A stretch of DNA of 64,000 nt from an uncultured virus (IMG/VR IMGVR_UViG_3300030616_000018) (lineage: Duplodnaviria; Heunggongvirae; Uroviricota; Caudoviricetes), in IMG/VR virus record IMGVR_UViG_3300030616_000018. One strand, given 5' to 3'. The position numbers and the translations under genes were made by a program. Shown piece by piece: positions 56,887 through 64,000 of this stretch. Numbering within the stretch: the stretch's first letter is position 1; every line of letters starts with the position of its first letter. Under the pieces are notes generated by a model that made no database searches, was not told the DNA's origin, and was given only the letters and a program-made list of their open reading frames with translations.

Positions 56887-57180
56887 TCAGAGATTAGGGC
56901 TATAATACTTGTGGGAATCAAGCTTGTTAAAAGTTCGAAGATTTCGCCTAGTTCCATGGATTCTATCTCGTTCTTGCTCCTTCCATGCTTGTTTAGATTC
57001 TTTTTCTGCACGAGCATGGAGATTATGATCCGCAGGAGGACCCATCCCAGGACTTATTACCGAATGAGGCCCCCATTGTCTAGGCTTTCCCCCATATATA
57101 TTCTTCGACTTAAGATGTTCTGTTCTTTTTGGACTCAAATTTACTTTTGTAGCATCAAATAATGGAGTTATAGAAATCAT
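56887..57180 (-). CDS. small basic protein with MISITPLFD tag
   Basis: tag family member. Confidence 0.6.
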   Translation of the reverse strand: MISITPLFDATKVNLSPKRTEHLKSKNIYGGKPRQWGPHSVISPGMGPPADHNLHARAEKESKQAWKEQERDRIHGTRRNLRTFNKLDSHKYYSPNL

Positions 57181-57365
57181 TCGTCCTTCTCCTCATCAAC
57201 TCGTTTTAATGTGTCAGTAGCGAAATATTGTCTTGTACATTCACATTCAATACAATGAAAGTTTCTAATCGCTCTTGTACCCTTCTTAACTTCAATACTC
57301 ATTTTATGTCTACATACAACACATTCGAATTCTCGTTCTATTAATTCTTTTATACTTACACCCAT
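57177..57365 (-). CDS. small zinc-ribbon protein
   Basis: CVVC...CIEC. Confidence 0.55.
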   Translation of the reverse strand: MGVSIKELIEREFECVVCRHKMSIEVKKGTRAIRNFHCIECECTRQYFATDTLKRVDEEKDE

Positions 57366-57369
57366 ATGA

Positions 57370-57561
57370 TTATCCTTTGTTTACTCCCATTTGAGCTGAT
57401 GCTAAACTTGGTTTTTTAGTCCTACCAGGAACTGGTGTTTTATTGAGACCAATTGGCGCTTTAGCTAAACTCACATTGGGAGGATTTACTCTTCTGTAAT
57501 TTTGTAGCCCGAGAGTTCGAGATAGATCTCTTTCCGCTATAATCTTAGTTATTGATATCAT
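57370..57561 (-). CDS. small basic protein with MISITKIIAE tag
   Basis: 10-aa tag ending IAE, like the T4 capsid-targeting sequence. Confidence 0.6.
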   Translation of the reverse strand: MISITKIIAERDLSRTLGLQNYRRVNPPNVSLAKAPIGLNKTPVPGRTKKPSLASAQMGVNKG

Positions 57562-57604
57562 TTTAGTTTTCCTTTTAGAGACACCCCGACTAAACGGGGC
57601 ATCT

Positions 57605-58069
57605 CTATTTTTTTGGATCTGCTGTCAACTTCTCAAAGACTCTACAATCATATCTACATTCAGATGCAAACTGTCTTAGTCTATCATCTTCAATCTGTTT
57701 AATCTTCTTGTGAACGATTATTTGTGGATCAGAGGGATTATTAATATAAGTTGCATACATTCTTATAACGCCATAGTGCATTAGATTTGATGTCAAGAAA
57801 TACCATTTATTTTTCTCTATTCTTTTGTTAACACTTTCTTGAAATGTGGTTATCCTAAGAATATCTCTTGTCTTCAATTTTACACTACTCAGATCTTCAT
57901 AATCATTAATTAGTAATGAATCTACATTCCATCTCCGATCTTGAGTCATAATGTCTATCTTTAATAGAACTGCGTCGACGGTTTCCTCTCCAATAGTCCG
58001 TATGTAAGCCATATTGAGTTCTTCATCGACGGTCCAATACGCGTTTTCTAAGAACTCGAAGGTATACAT
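57605..58069 (-). CDS. STAS/SpoIIAA-like alpha/beta protein (tentative)
   Basis: LLINDY.DL, LMHYGVIRMY pattern. Confidence 0.4.
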   Translation of the reverse strand: MYTFEFLENAYWTVDEELNMAYIRTIGEETVDAVLLKIDIMTQDRRWNVDSLLINDYEDLSSVKLKTRDILRITTFQESVNKRIEKNKWYFLTSNLMHYGVIRMYATYINNPSDPQIIVHKKIKQIEDDRLRQFASECRYDCRVFEKLTADPKK

Positions 58070-58080
58070 AATATTCTCTC

Positions 58081-58506
58081 TTAGTTTTGCATATTATCTA
58101 TCTCAGCTACTGTATCTTTAGTATCTTCTTTTAGAGCTTTAAGCTTAGATACTTTGAATGTTTCTCTTACAACTATAACTGTGCCACCTAAAGAAACTGT
58201 AAAGGTGCACCATGCTATAAACCCGTCCATTGCTACTTTAAAAAACTTAGTTACATCGGAAGCGGCAGTTGGATGTTTTATTACAAAATCCAAAAACTCA
58301 TCTCGCATACCGAACAGTTTCCAAAGAAAGAACAGTGACGTTAATAATGGAAAGAAGAATATTAACATTTTCGCGGACGAGAAATTCTCTAGCATCTTCT
58401 TTATAAACGCTTTCCAATAAGGTAATAACAACCCATCTCTTCGTTCTTTACCCGACCGTCTTTCCTTACAACATACAGAAGTTTCTTGTTTATCTTGATC
58501 AGTCAT
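58081..58506 (-). CDS. two-TM membrane protein with N-terminal ERRSGKERR motif (holin-like topology)
   Basis: two hydrophobic helices, charged termini. Confidence 0.55.
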   Translation of the reverse strand: MTDQDKQETSVCCKERRSGKERRDGLLLPYWKAFIKKMLENFSSAKMLIFFFPLLTSLFFLWKLFGMRDEFLDFVIKHPTAASDVTKFFKVAMDGFIAWCTFTVSLGGTVIVVRETFKVSKLKALKEDTKDTVAEIDNMQN

Positions 58507-58599
58507 AATCTAGTTCCTTACATATAAGTTAACACTTATACTTGTGTCAATAACATCAATAGGGTAGGGAGGTATTGATTTAATTGTTTTAAATGATTG

Positions 58600-59301
58600 T
58601 CATATACTCTTCTCAGAAACGAATGCTCGATTCTTTGGTGTCCAATTATTCAGGTTTTCGAAATCATTTTTGAGAATAGCATACATAATCCTATTGGTGT
58701 ATTCTTTATATGCAGAACGACCCTTAAGTTGTTTTATAATATCTTCAGCAGCTTTCTTATCAATAGATCGACTATAATTTTTATCATATAGTTTTGGTGC
58801 GCCGTCGGCAAAATTTAGAACAAATGTAATATCTGGATATTTATCTAAAAACTTACCAAAGAAGTCGGCACTATGATTATCTACAACTATATTCATTTGC
58901 CAATGAGGATTCTCTTTATACGCATCAATAACTTTCTGATCTATCTCACTTTTAACAAAGGGAGAACTAACAGCATGTATATCAATTGATTTAATATATT
59001 CTTTAAATATTTCATGATATCCCTTTATGATAAATGTACCATTAGTACAAATTTCTACAGGAACACCAACAGTAGTAAAGAATCTTGACCAAAAGTTTCG
59101 AGACAATAGACCTGGTTCTCCTCCAGACACTACATGACTTGGAAAGAGATGTTTAATCTTTCTAACTTCTTTTAATATTAATTCTTCATTGAATGTATCA
59201 CCACTATAGGAAATACAATAGGGGCATTCCCAATTACAGCTATTCAATAACCCTACACAGACATTGTCAATATATAAAGTTGATCCCATATAGTTGTCCA
59301 T
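58600..59301 (-). CDS. radical SAM protein
   Basis: CNWECPYC, SGGEPGL, ICTNG. Confidence 0.85.
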   Translation of the reverse strand: MDNYMGSTLYIDNVCVGLLNSCNWECPYCISYSGDTFNEELILKEVRKIKHLFPSHVVSGGEPGLLSRNFWSRFFTTVGVPVEICTNGTFIIKGYHEIFKEYIKSIDIHAVSSPFVKSEIDQKVIDAYKENPHWQMNIVVDNHSADFFGKFLDKYPDITFVLNFADGAPKLYDKNYSRSIDKKAAEDIIKQLKGRSAYKEYTNRIMYAILKNDFENLNNWTPKNRAFVSEKSI

Positions 59302-59323
59302 ATTAATATCACCTCACTTTAAA

Positions 59324-59665
59324 TTAATACTTAGCTGATGCGAATGTCAATGTAATTGGATCAACACCATCATTTGAAACAAAGATATCTGTCGATTCTC
59401 CATCATAAGCAAAGAACTTCATATTAGAGAATTCAGGATTCGTTGTGTTTCCAACCTTGATTTTAAATGGTGAATCAGAAAAGATGACCATCTGATTGAT
59501 ATTTGACGCCAAATTATGATCCACTGTTGGTCCAGGTAGATTTGCCTCGCCAGCTTCATGAGAAATAGGTTCATGCATAATCATATTATCCATAAACCTA
59601 GAGGTTTTTTGTTGATCTTCATCAGTTAATACTACACTCACACTCGTCTTCAATGTTTTCGACAT
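59324..59665 (-). CDS. putative virion beta-sandwich protein
   Basis: start MSKTLK after AAGGAGA. Confidence 0.55.
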   Translation of the reverse strand: MSKTLKTSVSVVLTDEDQQKTSRFMDNMIMHEPISHEAGEANLPGPTVDHNLASNINQMVIFSDSPFKIKVGNTTNPEFSNMKFFAYDGESTDIFVSNDGVDPITLTFASAKY

Positions 59666-59766
59666 TTTAATTCTCCTTGATTTAATATTCAATGTTTTTG
59701 TAAAGAAATTAGTACAATAATGGGGTTTGTAACCGAGCTCCAGAAATAATTTGATAATTTTTGGTT

Positions 59767-59813
59767 TGGATGAAGTCCCACATATAATTGGGGCTTCATC
59801 CATCATTTTTTTT
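59767..59813. terminator. strong hairpin with T-tract
   Basis: TGGATGAAGTCCCA/TGGGGCTTCATCCA followed by a T-run on the + strand. Confidence 0.6.
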
Positions 59814-59814
59814 G

Positions 59815-60083
59815 TGACGGAATCATCATCTCATAGGAAAGGATGCCTAATCAGGTCCACCACGCCCCGTTTAGACTAAAAAACTACAAAACGAATCATC
59901 CGCCAAGATATAATCGTGCGGGCGCATCGCTACGAGAGTACCTATTTGTGATCGCGCTTTCCGGGGGTGGCAAGCGCCCAGTGATCACACGAATTACCCG
60001 CACTTTGGATTAAATACTAAGGGCTGAGGACCCATCACATTTGGTCATGATCGCTCAGAATTTTAACCCGTAGCTTAATCCAA
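59815..60083. ncRNA. candidate structured non-coding RNA (three stem domains)
   Basis: GC-richer intergenic stretch with nested inverted repeats TTGGATTAA/TTAATCCAA, GTGCGGG/CCCGCAC, TGTGATC/GATCACA, GCGCTT/AAGCGC. Confidence 0.5.
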
Positions 60084-60584
60084 TTAAATATCACTTTCTC
60101 CTACATTAACTCCACTTTTCTTTGTTGATCGATCAATAACCGAGAATATACTATCATCATCACCAGGAGGTATTACTGTGGTGTCATCCTCGGTTAATAC
60201 TTCTCGCCCTTCTCTAACAGAATCAAGAGAAGTTAAAGGAGCACTTGGACGATTATCTTCGACCTCAGTTATCGCATCAACAGTCTTTTCCTCTACTTTC
60301 GGTGGAGCAGTAAATGCCGGTTTTGTTTCTCTAGTAAGATCCGGTCCTGCTGGTTTAACTGGAGGGACAATAGTAGGCCCAGGTGGTCTTACTGGTCCTG
60401 CAGTTACTTTTTGCGCTGATTGTATCTTCGCAAAGATAGTAGTAGCCATACTTGCTTCTTTAAACCCTGTAAAACTTGCAACATTCAATTTATTGAGAAT
60501 CAATCCTGCTTCCTCGCCTGAAATAATTAATTGAAACATTTGAGGTGTTGCTGGTGCCTGTTGTGTTTGATTATTTTCAACCAT
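60084..60584 (-). CDS. hypothetical protein, Pro-rich
   Basis: AGGAGG RBS. Confidence 0.6.
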   Translation of the reverse strand: MVENNQTQQAPATPQMFQLIISGEEAGLILNKLNVASFTGFKEASMATTIFAKIQSAQKVTAGPVRPPGPTIVPPVKPAGPDLTRETKPAFTAPPKVEEKTVDAITEVEDNRPSAPLTSLDSVREGREVLTEDDTTVIPPGDDDSIFSVIDRSTKKSGVNVGESDI

Positions 60585-60630
60585 CTTTATTACGCCTCCT
60601 AAAACATTTATATTTGATTAGTATTTAATC

Positions 60631-60978
60631 TTATCCTGGGAAATTAGCTGGTGGACCTTGGGGGAACCATGATTTTAAAAATGTAATAATTGTCATCACA
60701 ATACCAATCACCCCAATAATAATTCCCACAGACCAAAAGAATTTAGAAAAGTTGGACAATATTTTTCTTTGTTGTTCAATAACAGTATCTAATTTAATAA
60801 TCGTATCTGACGGAGTTGATCCTATTGCTTTCAGTAATTCTGTTATAGCGATAGTTAATTCCTTTATCGCCTCAGTATTCCCGTCATTAGAATCTTTAAC
60901 TTGTGAGAAGAGGAGTTGTACTATTCCCTCTGAAACAAGCCCTTCTCCCTTATCTTTGTCATTTGGCATACTATTCAA
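60631..60978 (-). CDS. coiled-coil + C-terminal TM protein
   Basis: FFWSVGIIIGVIGIVMTII. Confidence 0.55.
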   Translation of the reverse strand: MNSMPNDKDKGEGLVSEGIVQLLFSQVKDSNDGNTEAIKELTIAITELLKAIGSTPSDTIIKLDTVIEQQRKILSNFSKFFWSVGIIIGVIGIVMTIITFLKSWFPQGPPANFPG

Positions 60979-61549
60979 CCCCTAATTTAATATTTTCAAC
61001 TGCTTTGCGCAACTTCTCTCTATCTCCATCTAATTTCTTTTCTGACTTTTCTTTATCTTCCTCTAATTCTCGTGTGAATTTAAGAAACGTTTCTTTATTT
61101 TTATTCAATTGATCTCTAACAAAGTCAAGAGATCTTTTTAATTCATCACGTTCATCAAGAAGAATCTTCTTTTCAATTGCACGAGCAGATGCACGGGTTA
61201 TACCTGGAATCTGTACAGGTTTCTCTAAATAGTCGTAAACGTCTATCGAGCCAGCTTTCTTAAGACTATCAATATTTGGTCTAGCAGTAATAATTATAAT
61301 CTGGATATTGTTATCTTTCTTTTTAGCATATTGTGCGACAGTCATACCGTCAAAAGCACTTCCTGGTTGTAAATATATATCTGCTATTACTAAATCAATA
61401 TCCTCTTCCTCAACAGTCTGTATTGCACTACGATAATCCAAAGATGTGAGAACTCGATACTCTTCTCTTTCTAGTGTCATTCTAAATAGTTCGACGACTT
61501 CCGGTTCATCATCAACTACTAAGACACCTGGTAACTTTATTGGGTCCAT
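60971..61549 (-). CDS. response regulator (REC + coiled coil, no output domain)
   Basis: VLVVDDE, IADIYL, IIITA, DYLEKP. Confidence 0.9.
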   Translation of the reverse strand: MDPIKLPGVLVVDDEPEVVELFRMTLEREEYRVLTSLDYRSAIQTVEEEDIDLVIADIYLQPGSAFDGMTVAQYAKKKDNNIQIIIITARPNIDSLKKAGSIDVYDYLEKPVQIPGITRASARAIEKKILLDERDELKRSLDFVRDQLNKNKETFLKFTRELEEDKEKSEKKLDGDREKLRKAVENIKLGVE

Positions 61550-61551
61550 AA

Positions 61552-62148
61552 CTATTCCTCATCCCGTCTTTGGATAGATTTCACTGCATCGACAAGTTTA
61601 GATCTTACACTGGTCATCTTACTATTAAGGTCTTTTTGATGATCAACTAACTTCTGAGCCATACTTAAATAATCATCATCTTTGACATTACACTCATCAC
61701 CCGCTGCTAATTGTGCAATAGCTTCTTCGAGTTTCGTTTGAGACTCTTTATTAGCCTTCTCTAATTTACGTTGCTCTGTGAGTAACGTTTTTCTTTCTAC
61801 TGCACGATTACAGATTTGAAGAAGAGTGTCACGACTAACTGGCTTTGTAAGATAATCAGTTGCTCCATATCGTAGGGCTTGTTGACTTGATTCAACAGTA
61901 GGTTCTCCAGTCATCATGATTACTAATGTATCTGGACGAGCATCTTTAATAGCTTTTAATATTTTTAAACCACTAATTTTAGGCATCAATATATCTAGAA
62001 ATACAACATCATAATCTTGTTTACCAATAAATCCTTTTGCTTCTCCCCAATTTTCAGCAGTATCAACAACATGCTTTTGCTTTGAAAGAATCGATTTAAA
62101 AGAAAATCGTATCGATCTCTCATCATCGACAATTAACACTTTTGCCAT
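61552..62148 (-). CDS. response regulator (REC + coiled coil, no output domain)
   Basis: VLIVDDE, FLDILMP, MMTG, DYLTKP. Confidence 0.9.
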   Translation of the reverse strand: MAKVLIVDDERSIRFSFKSILSKQKHVVDTAENWGEAKGFIGKQDYDVVFLDILMPKISGLKILKAIKDARPDTLVIMMTGEPTVESSQQALRYGATDYLTKPVSRDTLLQICNRAVERKTLLTEQRKLEKANKESQTKLEEAIAQLAAGDECNVKDDDYLSMAQKLVDHQKDLNSKMTSVRSKLVDAVKSIQRRDEE

Positions 62149-62160
62149 AATATAAGCTCC

Positions 62161-63975
62161 TTAGAGATGAACAGCTTTTGGAAGATCAATAGTGAATTTA
62201 GTCCATTTCCCTTCCTCACTCTCTATTCTGATTTCACCTTTATGATCTTTTATGATGCCATAACTAATTGAAAGGCCTAATCCTGTACCAAAGTCTGGTC
62301 TCTTTGTTGTAAAGAATGGTTCAAATATTCTTTTTATTGCATCTTTAGGTATACCAGGCCCGTGATCTTTAAAGATTAATCGTAAATATTTATTATGTTC
62401 GCTAACTTTAATATCAATAATCTTATCAATCTCTTCGATATTAGGATACTTTTCATTTAATGCATAAATAGAATTACTCATTAGATTAAGAAGAACTTGT
62501 TGTATCTGTGATTTGCTGCACATAATCATTTCTAAATACTCAGGTATATCAATATCAAGAGAAACTCCATGTTTCTTTAGATTTGCTTTAAACAAAGCTA
62601 CAGAATCTAATACTACTTCTTTAATATCATTTGGAGTTTTATCTACTTCCTCTCTCCTAGCAAACGCAAGAAGATTCTTAACAATCTTAGCAATCCTATT
62701 CCCTTCTCTAACTATTTCGTTTCCATACCCATATTCTTCAGAGTTCGCCATTAAAATGTCTTTAAGAAGTTCACCATAAGTGATAATTCCTGTGATAGGA
62801 TTATTAATTTCATGGGCAATTCCGGCAGCCATTTCTCCAAGAGAAGAAAGTCTTTGACTTTCGGCAAGTTGCTCTTGAATCTTATGGCGTTCTGTGATGT
62901 CACGTATTACTCCACGAAAACCAACAGGATTACCATCTTTTGATCTTTTAATAAATATACTAGACTCAATATGTCTTATTTCATCTTGCCCTTTAAACTT
63001 CCAATGAATATTTCTTAAATCTTGATTCATCTTATATGCATTCACAAATATTTGTTTTAATACATCAGCAGTTTTAACAGGAAAGAAATCAGTGAACTTC
63101 TTGCCTAAAATCTTATCATCATTGAAATGAAATATAGTTAACGCTGCAGTATTTACAAAAGTGAATTTACCTTTTAAATCAACTTCATAATACCCCTCAT
63201 CAGTGTTCTCGATAATCGTTCTATATTTCTCTTCACTTTCTCGTAATTGCTCCATTGCTTCTTTATAATCTGTTACATCAGTAAAAGAATAAATATATCC
63301 TTTCTCTGACCGAACTCTATCAATCATATTACCTATTAAAATGCAAGGAACACGTTGTCCGTCTTTATGAAGAAATTCATGCTCTAATACAACCTGACCC
63401 TTCCTATGAAACTGACTTCTTACTTCATTATTAACTTTAATGAATTCAGCTTTATCTTCATACAAAAATCTAGACCTATATCCTACTACTTCATTAGGTT
63501 TATATCCGAGAATCTTGGTCATAGATTCATTGCCCCAACGATTCTTATCGTTTTGCACAAAACAAATACCATGGCTTGTCGTATTGAGAACTGCAGATAA
63601 CAATTCTTTGGTTCCTTCATTTTCTTCAAATTGCGACTGAAGTTTACTCTCTTTAAGCCCAAATTCTATAATAAATATTCCTAACATCAAGAATAGTACG
63701 GCAAATAAGAATCCGGCAAAGTCTTGAACATATTGCTCTAAATCGCTGCTACCTAATTTGACAAACTTATTAAATGCATCAAAATGGTAACTTACTTCAA
63801 CTGCCGCGCCAAATACTATGAGACATACACCAATGATAATATTTCTAACCTTTTGTTGTCTTAGGTTCTTTACAATTTTAATTAAATACAATATTATAAT
63901 GAGCATGAATAAATAATTAGTGTATTCTAAGATCACTTTTGTCATTACTATTGTCCCACTGTCGATGTTAACCAC
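62161..63975 (-). CDS. membrane PAS-PAS sensor histidine kinase
   Basis: 3 TM, two PAS/PAC, H-box IAHEINNP, N-box LLNLMSN, DHGPGI, FEPFFTTK, GTGLGL. Confidence 0.93.
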   Translation of the reverse strand: MVNIDSGTIVMTKVILEYTNYLFMLIIILYLIKIVKNLRQQKVRNIIIGVCLIVFGAAVEVSYHFDAFNKFVKLGSSDLEQYVQDFAGFLFAVLFLMLGIFIIEFGLKESKLQSQFEENEGTKELLSAVLNTTSHGICFVQNDKNRWGNESMTKILGYKPNEVVGYRSRFLYEDKAEFIKVNNEVRSQFHRKGQVVLEHEFLHKDGQRVPCILIGNMIDRVRSEKGYIYSFTDVTDYKEAMEQLRESEEKYRTIIENTDEGYYEVDLKGKFTFVNTAALTIFHFNDDKILGKKFTDFFPVKTADVLKQIFVNAYKMNQDLRNIHWKFKGQDEIRHIESSIFIKRSKDGNPVGFRGVIRDITERHKIQEQLAESQRLSSLGEMAAGIAHEINNPITGIITYGELLKDILMANSEEYGYGNEIVREGNRIAKIVKNLLAFARREEVDKTPNDIKEVVLDSVALFKANLKKHGVSLDIDIPEYLEMIMCSKSQIQQVLLNLMSNSIYALNEKYPNIEEIDKIIDIKVSEHNKYLRLIFKDHGPGIPKDAIKRIFEPFFTTKRPDFGTGLGLSISYGIIKDHKGEIRIESEEGKWTKFTIDLPKAVHL

Positions 63976-64000
63976 TTTTTGTTACTCCCGCTAATTCGAA

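Noticed and set aside
55788..57177. ATATAGAAAT-like matches at about 55788, 56843 and 57169 as promoters
   Set aside because: They are the reverse complement of ATG ATT TCT ATA (Met-Ile-Ser-Ile) starts of tagged minus-strand genes, with no plus-strand gene downstream.
59666..59806. Upstream extension of ORF 59324-59806 (and of csp, 38810-38896)
   Set aside because: The extensions run through hairpin or promoter DNA; RBS-supported starts are at 59665 and 38897.
1..64000. Stop-codon reassignment, tRNA or rRNA genes, integrase/transposase
   Set aside because: Known domains are intact under code 11 with all three stops used; I saw no cloverleaf, rRNA or recombinase motifs by eye. tRNAscan was not run.

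Overview
AT-rich, densely coding fragment of a large (jumbo-type) tailed phage genome, read in standard code 11. It has a gp5-like baseplate spike, a gp53-like wedge protein, tail fibres and a GH108 endolysin. Host-like signalling genes suggest a Desulfobacterota/deltaproteobacterial host (inference). Most genes are on the minus strand. Short plus-strand units are interspersed, usually starting at a conserved TATATAGAAATA motif and often ending in a GC hairpin. The standout locus is one such unit (27339-32277): a lone RAMP/Cas7-like gene with no other cas gene in the window, followed immediately by about 3.9 kb of non-coding DNA with a hidden grammar. Units of (NNN-RY)n pentamers are closed by an NNN-GGT hexamer (mostly 31/36/41/46 nt, roughly 90-100 units by eye), then a terminator. 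This looks like a non-CRISPR RNA-guided module with a gapped code. Other notable items: five PilZ proteins plus an HD-GYP response regulator and a kinase/receiver operon; about 20 proteins sharing an N-terminal MI(S/T/P)(I/V)xxLFE tag resembling a capsid-targeting signal; a candidate -1 programmed frameshift; an RNAP alpha-CTD-like protein; Csp; ACP; two radical SAM enzymes; and an unassigned structured RNA. All calls come from reading motifs by eye; no searches were run.
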